Below are positions 13,226 to 26,224 of a DNA stretch of 64,000 nucleotides, piece after piece. Origin of the DNA: Eledone cirrhosa. Taxonomy: Eukaryota. The notes under the pieces were generated by a model, which saw only the letters and a program-made list of their open reading frames with translations, searched no databases and was not told the origin of the DNA. Location: the NCBI GenBank assembly GCA_964016885.1, contig OZ024741.1, forward strand, positions 38,130,001 to 38,194,000, read 5' to 3'. The stretch's first letter is position 1. Every line of letters starts with the position of its first letter. The position numbers and the translations under genes were made by a program.

Positions 13226-13228
<3 letters not shown>
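12832..13228 (+). mobile_element. Fold-back hammerhead element, family H1 (longer copy)
   Basis: Palindrome centred at ~12997; HHR at 13055-13120 (CTGATGA...GAAATATGTATA); homologous to 1063-1363. Confidence 0.7.
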
Positions 13229-13309
<81 letters not shown>

Positions 13310-13432
13310 ATTTAAAGTATCATAAGATATCCAATATGTAAGACGAATAAGTTTTCGATGAAAAAAAAAGCTGAATGAATTTATGTACAGAGCATCAATA
13401 ATTTAAATTTAAAAAAATGTATGTATGCAACC

Positions 13433-13494
<62 letters not shown>

Positions 13495-13570
13495 CGAAGG
13501 AGGTGTGGTAAGGAACCAAATGGACCATAACACACCAGAGTACTCAATACTTAGGGTAGTAGAGTGGGTA

Positions 13571-13681
13571 ATAGGAAAATGTTTAACCCCGACGGCAGAG
13601 CTCAAGCCGTTTCGACGGCTATTTCAGAGATAGCCGTCGAAACGGCTTGAGCTCTGCCATCGGGGTTAAACATGTTCCTAT
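13571..13681. repeat. ~52-bp-arm hairpin containing an HHR 3' half (GAAA-CGGC...GCCG-TC)
   Basis: ATAGGAAAATGTTTAACCCC...GGCTAT-ttcagag-ATAGCC...GGGGTTAAACATGTTCCTAT. Confidence 0.7.
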
Positions 13682-13692
13682 ATATATATATA

Positions 13693-13889
13693 CGTTGAAC
13701 ATTTTACTCTCAGGCACCCAATTAAGTTAAACCTCTGGTAATCTACGACGAATTTGTTTTATAAGCACAAATTGTAGACACCATCCCGAGGTCAAGGTAT
13801 TAAGTACTTCTCTGTACTATTTCAGAAAGGAGGGATAAACATGCCAATCTATGTTTAGAATCGCGAGCAACGCCGGGCCGTTCTGCTAG
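13693..13889 (+). mobile_element. Probable non-autonomous Helitron 3' terminus
   Basis: GC-rich CGCGAGCAACGCCGGG followed 8 nt later by CTAG|T; 5' limit uncertain. Confidence 0.5.
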
Positions 13890-14136
13890 TTATCATTATT
13901 ATTATTATTATTATTATTATTGAATGCCATGGTTGACGGAGGCTCGGCTCTGTAAGGTATAGTAATTTTTAACCGTTAAAACAATTGTAAATTGTTTAAA
14001 ACTTGAACCAAATTGTTGATAAAGACACCCTCCTCCCCGTGAGAGGGGTCTTTCTGTCCGTTATTTGGCCCTTCGGGGTTAAATAACCAGTTATTGGGGT
14101 TTTGTACCCAAAATTTCATTTTAAACAAAAAACAAC

Positions 14137-16207
14137 ATGGCTACGAAAAAGAAATTTCATACGTCACACCCACTCATTCCGTCTTCTTCTTCCTCAATCA
14201 TCACTACAGCAGAGAGAAGATTGTCTCTCTCCCTCCCTTCTCTTTCGCAAGTGACGAAAGAAAAGAAAAGTCTCGTGCAAAGCGTGCAAGGTTTCTCCAC
14301 GACGACGACGACAGCGACGAAACAGGTGTGCGGGAAATACGAAAACCCAGTTCATTCGTCTAACGTCAGGAATAATAGCAGTAGCAGCCGTAATAACAAC
14401 AGCAACAGTGACAATGAAAACAACAGTAGCAGCCGCAACAGCATCACCAGCAGCATAAACAACAACAGCATTAGCAGCAGCAACGCCAACAACAACCACA
14501 GCAACAGCGGCGGAGGCAGTAGTCGTAGTACCTGCAGCAACAACAAAAGTACCAGCAGCTCTGACGACAACAACAACAGCAGAGAAAAACCAATCTCATT
14601 TGCAGGTATTGCGAAAAACTTGGAAACAATCCTCATAACAAATGAGGAATTAGAGGAAGCGAAGAAGATGGTGACAAAGAACGGACACCGAGCAATCTGC
14701 AAGGCAGCGGAAAAATTTTTCGAAACCCAAGAGCACTGTACGGTCACGTACCGTACAGTAAGTACAAAATCCCGTAGGGTGGAAAGAGCCACAGAGGCCC
14801 AAATACAAAAAGCCTTGGGGTCTGTGTGGCAGCGGAAAACGCACATCACCCGAGGCAAAAAAATATGCCACCGTAGACGTACTTTTTGCCACACCCCAGG
14901 AGGCAAAGGCCCAATCAGTAGTGACCCTAAGGAGCGAGGAAATGGTGTTGGTGCCCTCCTACTGCGGGCAAAAAATTGTGAGGGTCAAACTGACCCACGT
15001 CCCCCCCGGAATGACCCCTTCTTGGCTGGCCGCGTCTGTCCTCGTCGGAATCGAGGACAAAACAACTGTACTGCAAGTACAGAAAAAAGTAAGAGAAGAT
15101 TGGGTCGGCTCCTCCATTGAGATGCTAATCCAAACCAACCAGGAGTGCATCGAAGCTATCCCGGATGTGATAGACTTCGATAACGGCACTCAACTGCCCA
15201 TAAGTGTTGAGGGCAAACGCCCGAAATGCTTTCGCTGTGGATCGAAGACTCACCTCAGGGCCTTCTGCAACGAGAAGACCCTGAGAAAGGAGAAAACCCC
15301 CCTCCTTCCGAATCCGGCTCCACGGCTACCAGCAACAGGACAAGCGCCAACCAGGAACGATAGGTCCGTGGCACCCATACCAACTCCACGGAAATCAAAA
15401 ACAGCAGCAGCAGTGGAAATATTAACAACAACAACAGCAATACCAAATGCAGCTGCAACAGAGACTCCAGTGCAAACATCACCAACAACAACAAGTGAAA
15501 GAGTGGAGCTGGTACCCCTCCCCGACCTTACAGAATCAGACATGGAGTGTGAGGTGGGAGAGGGATGGCAAAAGGTCGCAAGAAGGCACAAACGCAGAAG
15601 CAGCGCATCGTCGCCTTTGAAAAGGGAGGAAAGAAATGAGAAAAGGGTAAAGTCTACTGCAAAGAGACCCACAGCAGCAACACCACCAACACCATCACCA
15701 CCCACACCAGCACCACCATCACCACCGGCGACAACCCCACCGCCAACAACACCTTCAACACCACCACCACAAGCACCAACATCGCAAACACAACAACAAA
15801 ACACACACACCCAGCAACAACGACAAGAAAATAGCAGAACCACACCCCACCCCCAGAAAAACAAATGCACGGCAATAAATACACACAACAAGAAACTAAT
15901 GACTTACATAATTGAACACACAGACATTTCACAACAGGACTACATAATACCAGCACCAATCAAAACGCCAACTAACATAAGACTGCTAAAAATAGCACAG
16001 AAACAATACACAAACATTAAAACGAAATTCCCCAACGCAGTTGGTGATTTCAGGGACCTAGGAGGAACCATCAATCGAAGAGTATATTCAGACATTCTCT
16101 TAGAAGAGCCGACGACCAGCCGAAGGGACGATTCAACGGTCCCTTCACCAGACGATCAAGTGAAAAGGGATGTAAAAACCATCCCTCCTCTACCAAAAGT
16201 ACGGTAA
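14137..16207 (+). pseudogene. A1 ORF1 (gag-like, zinc knuckle), frameshifted
   Basis: ORFs 14137-15120 and 14921-16207; CFRCGSKTHLRAFC CCHC knuckle. Confidence 0.85.
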
Positions 16208-16242
16208 GTGGTCTTTCCCATCTTTTCCACTCTATTTTAAAC

Positions 16243-19200
16243 ATGACCTCACTCAGAATAGGCAGCATAAATGCGCGTGGCTTGGGGTCGTCATGGAAGC
16301 AGGGTCACCTGCTCAACGACCTCAGGTCACTAAACATAGATGTAGTGGCCATCAGCGAGACCAGAATCTCCGAAGCACGGGCCTTCGCACCGATCTTCGG
16401 CGGCTACGATGTGTACGCATCTCCCAGCCGTCCTGGATCGGGTGGAGGAGTTGCTGTGCTTTTTCGGAGAGGTTTGGATCTCGCCATACGGGCCATCTTC
16501 CTGGACCCAGAGGGTAAGCTGGTGGTGCTGGACGTGACCAGCGGAGACGGGCAAGCTTTCAGGCTAGTGGCCGTCTATGCCCCGACAGGAGCAGGGCGGC
16601 CTGATTTCTTCCGGCGTCTGGAGACCTTTCTTGGAACGTCCCGCTCTTTAGTGTTAGTGGGCGACTGGAACGGGATCTTAGATGCACGCTGGGACTGTGT
16701 GGGATTAGCGGATAGGGGTGGAGGGTGCAAGAGCCTCACCAACCTGCTCAGGCGTTTTGAACTGTCTGACAGGTACCGATTGGATTTCCCGAATGTGCCA
16801 ATGTGGACTTGGACAAACCGCATAGGGTCATCCAGATCATATCTAGATAGAGTATTTTGTAGGGAAATAGATAGGTCTAGCATAGGCTGTCCACAATTCA
16901 AGATAGTCAGCTACACGGACCACAAATTCGTGATCTGTGTGCTTGACTTAGATAGGCTTCATAGACGAGGACCCGGCTACTGGAAGCTAAACGCGTCCTT
17001 ACCAGCGCGCAAGGCCTACAGAGACCGGATTAGCGAACTAGTTAAGCGGGCGTTGACGGGGGCCATCGTCAACAACAAGTTGTGGTTTGCTCTGAAAAGA
17101 GCGATTAGAATAGAATCGATTAGATTTAGTAAGGCTTTAGCAATAGAGAAAAATAGAGCAGAGGGAGAACTAGTTAGAAAATTAGACGAGGCGCTTAGCA
17201 AAGGCATTGCGACCGACGTGCTTGCGGCGAAATTGGCCCTTGACCAATTCTTCAATGCAAAGCACGAAGGCTGCGTTGTCAGAGCAAGGGTGCGTGCTCT
17301 CAGACACGAGGGGACGAAAGCCGTTCAATGGGCCCGAGTGGCGGAGGCGCGTCGTGGCAACAAAGCCACGATCCGGTCTTTGGTGGACCACGACGGGCGC
17401 ATGCTACTCGATCCCGGGCAAATGTGTGAAGCTTTTCAGCGACACTTCGCTCAGCTGTTCGGGGGCAGCGGTGAGCCGGGTAGAGGGATGGACTTTAGTG
17501 TCTACCTCGACGGACTGCCGCGGCTCTCGGCCACTGAGGCGAAGTGTTGCGAAAAGCCGATAACAGCCGCTGAAGTAAGGGAGGCAATGACTGGCTGCAC
17601 AAGGGGTAAATCGCCTGGTTTGGATGGTCTGCCCTATGAACTTTACGTACAGATGCCAGACTTGTTCGGAGGCCTATTGGCGGACGTCTACTGCAACTGG
17701 CAACAGAACGGGAGAATTCCCAGTTCTGTGAGCCGAGGAGCGGTGGCACTGCTGAGAAAGGATCCGAACAAGGGGGATAACATAGAAAATTTCCGGCCCA
17801 TAACTCTGCTAAACACAGAGTTTAAGATTTTGGCCAAGGTGCTAGCAAAGAGGTTGGCGCTTGTCGTTGGTGGTCTGGTGGGAGAGGCGCAGACATGCGC
17901 AATTCCCGACAGATCCATCCACGACAACCTCCACCTCATGCGATACATCGTAGAGAGGGTAGCTAGGGAACCTGGCACGGGTGGGTCCTTGATCAATTTA
18001 GATCAGTCGAAAGCTTTCGATAGGGTCGACCATCGTTACCTAGCGGCAGTCCTGAGGGCGGCTGGCTTTGGGCCCGTCTTCAGAGGCTGGATCGCTGCCA
18101 TGCACAGCGACATCTGCTCTGTGGTGAGAGTGAACGGTCACCTGTCGGAACCGTTCAACATCATGCGCTCGGTCCGCCAAGGATGTCCCCTCTCGTCCCT
18201 CTTGTACGTATTGACTCTCGAGCCATTACTGCACAAACTGGAGACGTTGAGGGGGGTCCCGCGCGAACTAGGATGCGGAAGATCCGTATCAGCATATGCG
18301 GACGATGTCACCGTAGTGGTGTCGAACGCCAAACACATCGAGGCGATCGGCACTACACTAAGAGAATACGAAGCGGTGACAGGAGCAATGATCAACCAGG
18401 AAAAGTCAGTGGGCCTGCAGCTCGGCACCTGGAGAGGCAGGTCCATGCCGTCCAACAGCGTCGTCGGACGCTGGACGGACGGACCGGTTAAATTGCTAGG
18501 GGTCTGGTTCGGTCCGGACCTCCAGACGGACAAAAACTGGGACGAGGTGACGAGCAGGGTGGCTTCTCTCACCCAGAAATGGGCCGAGAGGAAGCTATCC
18601 CTGAAAGGTCGAGCGGAGGTGGCTAACGCGTACATCGCGTCCGTCATCTGCTACCGCCTGACCGTCGTACCTTGTCCTAAGCCTCGCCTGACTGTGCTGG
18701 AGCGTTTGCTCTTTCGCTTTTTGTGGAAGGGACGCGCTCCGATGGTCAGGCGGTCCATCTGTTGTCAACACCCGCTACGTGGAGGGCTGGGCATGCCGTG
18801 GCTGATGATGCGCAGGCACGCGCTCAGGCTACGACATCTCCACCTCTTCCTCGACGGTGATCAGGTGTAGTCGCCGTTTGCTAGACGCGTGTTTCCCCAG
18901 CTCGTTTCCTTGACGGAGCTGCAGTCCTGGGTCAAGCGAAGACCGAGAGGGAGCGCCTGGAGACTGGAATGTCTTCAGGCGCTCACAGCCCTCGACCAAT
19001 CGGGCAATGTGATCGGTGGAAACTCCACCTCGGCGTTCTATAGAGGATTAGTGGAGGGGAAGAGCGACGACGTACTTGGGAAAACTCTAGGCGTCGACGA
19101 AAATCAACTAGCCAATCTCTTCGGAAGAACTTTCGGGCCAGGGCCTATGGACAACTTCCAGAAATCTCTGGCCTGGCAGTGCTACCGAGGAGCCTTGCCA

Positions 19201-19662
19201 GTTCGGGATAAACTCTACAGGCATGGAGGTGCCGTCAGCCGGGCATGTCCGAGATGCGCGCAGGGCGACGAAACCGTCCTGCACGCACTCGTCCAGTGTC
19301 CGAAAATTGCTGACTTGTGGGTTTATGTCGAACACCTGCTGTCGCGTTTAGGACGGATCCGGCTATCATCTGAGTCCATCGTGAGGATTGCCCCGCCCTC
19401 CTCCTTTAGCCGGGAAGGGCAGGCAGTTTTTATCTGCCTGGTGGCCATGGCGAAAGAGATAGTATGGTGGACACGTTTGAAAGGGCTGAAGACGAGCACT
19501 TACCTCTTCGGTGATGCTCTGATTGACTTTTTCAAATTTCATTTGAAAAGGAAAATCAGAGTAGAGAGGGAAGTGCTCTCTTCCCAGCATTTTGTTGAAA
19601 GATGGGTGAGAGAAGCAAGAATGGCCCGAGTGAATGGGCCTACTCTGAGCATATATCTGTAA
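16243..19662 (+). pseudogene. A1 ORF2 (APE-RT-zinc finger), one premature stop
   Basis: ORFs 16243-18870 and 18889-19662. Confidence 0.88.
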
Positions 19663-19923
19663 ATTAAAGGTGGAAAACTGGGAGAGGGCACTTGCCTTGG
19701 TGGTCAGGGTCATTGTGGCTTTTTACTGGGCTTTCTCCACAAATGTCCCTCCGAAGTCTCCCCCCTATTGGGGAATTTTTCATTGTTATTTTCATTGTTA
19801 TTTTTGTTACATCCTCTGTTTTTTGTTTTTCTACACGCAGAAATGCCCATTTGTACTGTCCTGCATTGTCCTGCACTGTCCTTAATGTCTACTTTATGTA
19901 AACCCTTGTGGTTAATAAAGAAA

Positions 19924-19958
<35 letters not shown>

Positions 19959-20173
19959 GAATGCCATGGTTGACGGAGGCTCGGCTCTGTAAGGTATAGT
20001 AATTTTTAACCGTTAAAACAATTGTAAATTGTTTAAAACTTGAACCAAATTGTTGATAAAGACACCCTCCTCCTCGTGAGAGGGGTCTTTCTGTCCGTTA
20101 TTTGGCCCTTCGGGGTTAAATAACCAGTTATTGGGGTTTTGTACCCAAAATTTCATTTTAAACAAAAAACAAC

Positions 20174-22270
20174 ATGGCTACGAAAAAGAAATTTCATACG
20201 TCACTCCCACTCATTCCGTCTTCTTCTTCCTCAATCATAACTACAGCAGAGAGAAGATTGTCTCTCTCCCTCCCTTCTTTAAATGTGTCTCTCTCCCTCC
20301 CTTCTATTTCGCAAGTGACGAAAGAAAAGAAAAGTCTCGTGCAAAGCGTGCAAGGTTTCTCCACGACGACGACGACAGCGACGAAACAGGTGTGCGGGAA
20401 ATACGAAAACCCATTTCATTCGTCTGACGTCAGGAATAATAGCAGTAGCAGCCGTAATAACAACAGCAACAGTGACAATGAAAACAACAGTAGCAGCCGC
20501 AACAGCATCAACAGCAGCATAAACAACAACAGCATTAGCAGCAGCAACACCAACAACAACCACAGCAACAGCGGCGGAGGCAGTAGTCGTAGTACCTGCA
20601 GCAACAACAAAAGTACCAGCAGCTCTGACGACAACAACAACAGCAGAGAAAAACCAATCTCATTTGCAGGTATTGCGAAAAACTTGGAAACAATCCTCAT
20701 AACAAATGAGGAATTAGAGGAAGCGAAGAAGATGGTGACAAAGAACGGACACCGAGCAATCTGCAAGGCAGCGGAAAAATTTTTCGAAACCCAAGAGCAC
20801 TGTACGGTCACGTACCGTACAGTAAGTACAAAATCCCGTAGGGTGGAAAGAGCCACAGAGGCCCAAATACAAAAAGCCTTGGGGTCTGTGTGGCAGCGGA
20901 AAACGCACATCACCCGAGGCAAAAAATATGCCACCGTAGACGTACTTTTTGCCACACCCCAGGAGGCAAAGGCCCAATCAGTAGTGACCCTAAGGAGCGA
21001 GGAAATGGTGTTGGTGCCCTCCTACTGTGGGCAAAAAATTGTGAGGGTCAAACTGACCCACGTCCCCCCCGGAATGACCCCTTCTTGGCTGGCCGCGTCT
21101 GTCCTCGTCGGAATCGAGGACAAAACAACTGTACTGCAAGTACAGAAAAAAGTAAGAGAAGATTGGGTCGGCTCCTCCATTGAGATGCTAATCCAAACCA
21201 ACCAGGAGTGCATCGAAGCTATCCCGGATGTGATAGACTTCGATAACGGCACTCAACTGCCCATAAGTGTTGAGGGCAAACGCCCGAAATGCTTTCGCTG
21301 TGGATCGAAGACTCACCTCAGGGCCTTCTGCAACGAGAAGACCCTGAGAAAGGAGAAAACCCCCCTCCTTCCGAATCCGGCTCCACGGCTACCAGCAACA
21401 GGACAAGCGGCAACCAGGAACGATAGGCCCGTGGCACCCATACCCACTCCACGGAAATCAAAAACAGCAGCAGCAGTGGAAATACTAACAACAACAACAG
21501 CAATACCAAATGCAGCTGCAACAGAGACTCCAGTGCAAACATCACCAACAACAAGAAGTGAAAGAGTGTAGTTGGTACCCCTCCCCGACCTCACAGAATC
21601 AGACATGGAGTGTGAGGTGGGAGAGAGATGGCAAAAGGTCGTAAGAAGGCACAAACGCAGAAGCAGCGCATCGTCGCCTTTGAAAAGGGAGGAAAGAAAT
21701 GAGAAAAGGGTAAAGTCTACTGCAAAGAGACCCACAGCAGCAACAACACCAACACCATCACCACCCACACTAGCGCCACCATCACCACCGGCGACAACCC
21801 CACCGCCAACAACACCTTCAACACCACCACCACAAGCACCAACATCGCAAACACAACAACAAAACACACACACCCAGCAACAACGACAAGAAAATAGCAG
21901 AACCACACCCCACCCCCAGAAAAACAAATGCACGGCAATAAATACACACAACAAGAAACTAATGACTTACATAATTGAACACACAGACATTTCACAACAG
22001 GACTACATAATACCAGCACCAATCAAAACGCCAACTAACATAAGACTGCTAAAAATAGCACAGAAACAATACACAAATATTAAAACGAAATTCCCCAACG
22101 CAGTTGGTGATTTCAGGGACCTAGGAGGAACCATCAATCGAAGAGTATACTCAGCCATTCTCTTAGAAGAGCCGACGACCAGCCGAAGGGACGATTCAAC
22201 GGTCCCTTCACCAGACGATCAAGTGAAAAGGGATGTAAAAACCATCCCTCCTCTACCAAAAGTACGGTAA
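20174..22270 (+). pseudogene. A2 ORF1 with one in-frame stop
   Basis: ORFs 20174-21571 and 21572-22270 in the same frame. Confidence 0.85.
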
Positions 22271-22305
22271 GTGGTCTTTCCCATCTTTTCCACTCTATTT
22301 TAAAC

Positions 22306-25300
22306 ATGACCTCACTCAGAATAGGCAGCATAAATGCGCGTGGCTTGGGGTCGTCATGGAAGCAGGGTCACCTGCTCAACGACCTCAGGTCACTAAACAT
22401 TGATGTAGTGGCCATCAGCGAGACCAGAATCTCCGAAGCACGGGCCTTCGCACCGATCTTCGGCGGCTACGATGTGTACGCATCTCCCAGCCGTCCTGGA
22501 TCCGGTGGAGGAGTTGCTGTACTTTTTCGGAGAGGTTTGGATCTCGCCATACGGGCCATCTTCCTGGACCCAGAGGGTAAGCTGGTGGTGCTGGACGTGA
22601 CCAGCGGAGACGGGCAATCTTTCAGGCTAGTGGCCGTCTATGCCCCGACAGGAGCAGGGCGGCCTGATTTCTTCCGGCGTCTGGAGACCTTTCTTGGAAC
22701 GTCCCGCTCTTTAGTGTTAGTGGGCGACTGGAACGGGATCTTAGATGCACGCTGGGACTGTGTGGGATTAGCGGATAGGGGTGGAGGGTGCAAGAGCCTC
22801 ACCAACCTGCTCAGGCGTTTTGAACTGTCTGACAGGTACCGATTGGATTTCCCGAATGTGCCAATGTGGACTTGGACAAACCGCATAGGGTCATCCAGAT
22901 CATATCTAGATAGAGTATTTTGTAGGGAAATAGATAGGTCTAGCATAGGCTGTCCACAATTCAAGATAGTCAGCTACACGGACCACAAATTCGTGACCTG
23001 TGTGCTTGACTTAGATAGGCTTCATAGACGAGGACCCGGCTACTGGAAGCTAAACGCGTCCTTACCAGCGCGCAAGGCCTACAGAGACCGGATTAGCGAA
23101 CTAGTTAAGCGGGCGTTGACGGGGGCCATCGTCAACAACAAGTGGTGGTTTGCTCTGAAAAGAGCGATTAGAATAGAATCGATTAGGTTTAGTAAGGCTT
23201 TAGCAATAGAGAAAAATAGAGCAGAGGGAGAACTAGTTAGAAAATTAGACGAGGCGCTTAGCAAAGGCATTGCGACCGACGTGCTTGCGGCAAAATTGGC
23301 CCTTGACCAATTCTTCAATGCAAAGCACGAAGGCTGCGTTGTCAGAGCTAGGGTGCGTGCTCTCAGACACGAGGGGACGAAAGCCGTTCAATGGGCCCGA
23401 GTGGCGGAGGCGCGTCGTGGCAACAAAGCCACGATCCGGTCTTTGGTGGACCACGACGGGCGCATGCTAGTCGATCCCGGGCAAATGTGTGAAGCTTTTC
23501 AGCGACACTTCGCTCAGCTGTTCGGGGGCAGCGGGGGGCCGGGTAGAGGGATGGACTTTAGTGTCTACCTCGACGGGCTGCCGCGGCTCTCGGCCACTGA
23601 GGCGAGGTGTTGCGAAAAGCCGATAACAGCCGCTGAAGTACGGGAGGCAATGACTGGCTGCACAAGGGGTAAATCGCCTGGTTTGGATGGTCTGCCCTAT
23701 GAACTTTACGTACAGATGCCAGACTTGTTCGGAGGCCTCTTGGCGGACGTCTACTGCAACTGGCAACAGAACGGGAGAATTCCCAGTTCTGTGAGCCGAG
23801 GAGCGGTGGCACTGCTGAGAAAGGATCCGAACAAGGGGGATAACATAGACAATTTCCGGCCCATAACTCTGCTAAACACAGAGTTTAAGATTTTGGCCAA
23901 GGTGCTAGCAAAGAGGTTGGCGCTTGTCGTTGGTGGTCTGGTGGGAGAGGCGCAGACATGCGCCATTCCCGACAGATCCATCCACGACAACCTCCACCTC
24001 ATGCGATACATCGTAGAGAGGGTAGCTAGGGAACCTGGCACGGGTGGGTCCTTGATCAATTTAGATCAGTCGAAAGCTTTCGATAGGGTCGACCATCGTT
24101 ACCTAGCGGCAGTCCTGAGGGCGGCTGGCTTTGGGCCCGTCTTCAGAGGCTGGATCGCTGCCATGCACAGCGACATCTGCTCTGTGGTGAGAGTGAACGG
24201 TCACCTGTCGGAACCGTTCAACATCATGCGCTCGGTCCGCCAAGGATGTCCCCTCTCGTCCCTCTTGTACGTATTGACTCTCGAGCCATTACTGCACAAA
24301 CTGGAGACGTTGAGGGGAGTCCCGCGCGAACTAGGATGCGGAAGATCCGTGTCAGCATATGCGGACGATGTCACCGTAGTGGTGTCGAACGCCAAACACA
24401 TCGAGGCGATCGGCACTACACTAAGAGAATACGAAGCGGTGACAGGAGCAATGATCAACCAGGAAAAGTCAGTGGGCCTGCAGCTCGGCACCTGGAGAGG
24501 CAGGTCCATGCCGTCCAACAGCGTCGTCGGGCGCTGGACGGACGGACCGGTTAAATTGCTAGGGGTCTGGTTCGGTCCGGACCTCCAGACGGACAAAAAC
24601 TGGGACGAGGTGACGAGCAGGGTGGCTTCTCTCACCCAGAAATGGGCGGAGAGGAAGCTATCCCTGAAAGGTCGAGCGGAGGTGGCTAACGCGTACATCG
24701 CGTCTGTCATCTGCTACCGCCTAACCGTCGTACCTTGTCCTAAGCCTCGCCTGACTGCGCTGGAGCGTTTGCTCTTTCGCTTTTTGTGGAAGGGACGTGC
24801 TCCGATGGTCAGGCGGTCCATCTGTTGTCAACACCCGCTACGTGGAGGGCTGGGCATGCCGTGGCTGATGATGCGCAGGCACGCGCTCAGGCTACGACAT
24901 CTCCACCTCTTCCTCGACGGTGATCAGGTGTGGTCGCCGTTTGCTAGACGCGTTTTTCCCCAGCTCGTTTCCTTGACGGAGCTGCAGTCCTGGGTCAAGC
25001 GAAGACCGAGAGGGAGCGCCTGGAGACTGGAATGTCTTCAGGCGCTCACAGCCCTCGACCAATCGGGCAATGTGATCGGTGGAAACTCCACCTCGGCGTT
25101 CTATAGAGGATTAGTGGAGGGGAAGAGCGACGACGTACTTGGGGAAACTCTAGGCGTCGACGAAAATCAACTAGCCAATCTCTTCGGAAGAACTTTCGGG
25201 CCAGGGCCTATGGACAACTTCCAGAAATCTCTGGCCTGGCAGTGCTACCGAGGAGCCTTGCCAGTTCGGGATAAACTCTACAGGCATGGAGGTGCCGTCA

Positions 25301-25725
25301 GCCGGGCATGTCCGAGATGCGCGCAGGGCGACGAAACCGTCCTGCACGCACTCGTCCAGTGTCCGAAAATTGCTGACTTGTGGGTTTATGTCGAACACCT
25401 GCTGTCGCGTTTAGGACGGATCCAGCTATCATCTGAGTCCATCGTGAGGATTGCCCCGCCCTCCTCCTTTAGCCGGGAAGGGCAGGCAGTTTTTATCTGT
25501 CTGGTGGCCATGGCGAAAGAGATAGTATGGTGGACACGTTTGAAAGGGCTGAAGACGAGCACTTACCTCTTCGGTGATGCTCTGATTGACTTTTTCAAAT
25601 TTCATTTGAAAAGGAAAATCAGAGTAGAGAGGGAAGTGCTCTCTTCCCAGCATTTTGTTGAAAGATGGGTGAGAGAAGCAAGAATGGCCCGAGTGAATGG
25701 GCCGACTCTGAGTATATATCTGTAA
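22306..25725 (+). CDS. ORF2, intact 1139 aa: APE endonuclease, reverse transcriptase, C-terminal zinc finger
   Basis: GSINARG, ISETR, GDWN, YLDRVF and TDH (APE); QGCPLS and YADD (RT); CPRC...HALVQC; GPGYWKLN typical of L1/Tx1. Confidence 0.95.
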   Translation: MTSLRIGSINARGLGSSWKQGHLLNDLRSLNIDVVAISETRISEARAFAPIFGGYDVYASPSRPGSGGGVAVLFRRGLDLAIRAIFLDPEGKLVVLDVTSGDGQSFRLVAVYAPTGAGRPDFFRRLETFLGTSRSLVLVGDWNGILDARWDCVGLADRGGGCKSLTNLLRRFELSDRYRLDFPNVPMWTWTNRIGSSRSYLDRVFCREIDRSSIGCPQFKIVSYTDHKFVTCVLDLDRLHRRGPGYWKLNASLPARKAYRDRISELVKRALTGAIVNNKWWFALKRAIRIESIRFSKALAIEKNRAEGELVRKLDEALSKGIATDVLAAKLALDQFFNAKHEGCVVRARVRALRHEGTKAVQWARVAEARRGNKATIRSLVDHDGRMLVDPGQMCEAFQRHFAQLFGGSGGPGRGMDFSVYLDGLPRLSATEARCCEKPITAAEVREAMTGCTRGKSPGLDGLPYELYVQMPDLFGGLLADVYCNWQQNGRIPSSVSRGAVALLRKDPNKGDNIDNFRPITLLNTEFKILAKVLAKRLALVVGGLVGEAQTCAIPDRSIHDNLHLMRYIVERVAREPGTGGSLINLDQSKAFDRVDHRYLAAVLRAAGFGPVFRGWIAAMHSDICSVVRVNGHLSEPFNIMRSVRQGCPLSSLLYVLTLEPLLHKLETLRGVPRELGCGRSVSAYADDVTVVVSNAKHIEAIGTTLREYEAVTGAMINQEKSVGLQLGTWRGRSMPSNSVVGRWTDGPVKLLGVWFGPDLQTDKNWDEVTSRVASLTQKWAERKLSLKGRAEVANAYIASVICYRLTVVPCPKPRLTALERLLFRFLWKGRAPMVRRSICCQHPLRGGLGMPWLMMRRHALRLRHLHLFLDGDQVWSPFARRVFPQLVSLTELQSWVKRRPRGSAWRLECLQALTALDQSGNVIGGNSTSAFYRGLVEGKSDDVLGETLGVDENQLANLFGRTFGPGPMDNFQKSLAWQCYRGALPVRDKLYRHGGAVSRACPRCAQGDETVLHALVQCPKIADLWVYVEHLLSRLGRIQLSSESIVRIAPPSSFSREGQAVFICLVAMAKEIVWWTRLKGLKTSTYLFGDALIDFFKFHLKRKIRVEREVLSSQHFVERWVREARMARVNGPTLSIYL

Positions 25726-26224
25726 ACTAAAGGTGGAAAACTGGGAGAGCGCACTTGCCTTGGTGGTCAGGGTCATTGTGGCTTTTTACTGGGCTTTCTC
25801 CACAAATGTCCCTCCGAAGTCTCCCCCCTATTGGGGAATTTTTCATTGTTATTTTCATTGTTATTTTTGTTACATCCTCTGTTTTTGTTTTTTTTACACG
25901 CAGAAATGCCCATTTGTACCGTCCTGCATTGTCCTGCACTGTCCTTAATGTCTACTTTATGTAAACCCTTGTGGTTAATAAAGAAATCATTATTATTATT
26001 ATTATTATTGAATGCCATGGTTGACGGAGGCTCGGCTCTGTAAGGTATAGTAATTTTTAACCGTTAAAACAATTGTAAATTGTTTAAAACTTGAACCAAA
26101 TTGTTGATAAAGACACCCTCCTCCTCGTGAGAGGGGTCTTTCTGTCCGTTATTTGGCCCTTCGGGGTTAAATAACCAGTTATTGGGGTTTTGTACCCAAA
26201 ATTTCATTTTAAACAAAAAACAAC

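Larger units (their letters stand above)
13922..19925 (+). mobile_element. Tx1/L1-clade non-LTR retrotransposon, family A, copy A1 (full length, 2 lesions)
   Basis: Starts GAATGCCATGG after (ATT)9 and ends AATAAAGAAATC before (ATT)11; ORF1 frameshift in an A7 run at ~14860; TGG>TAG at 18868. Confidence 0.93.
19959..25988 (+). mobile_element. Tx1 family A, copy A2 (full length)
   Basis: Same termini, followed by (ATT)7; ORF1 has GAG>TAG at 21569. Confidence 0.93.
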
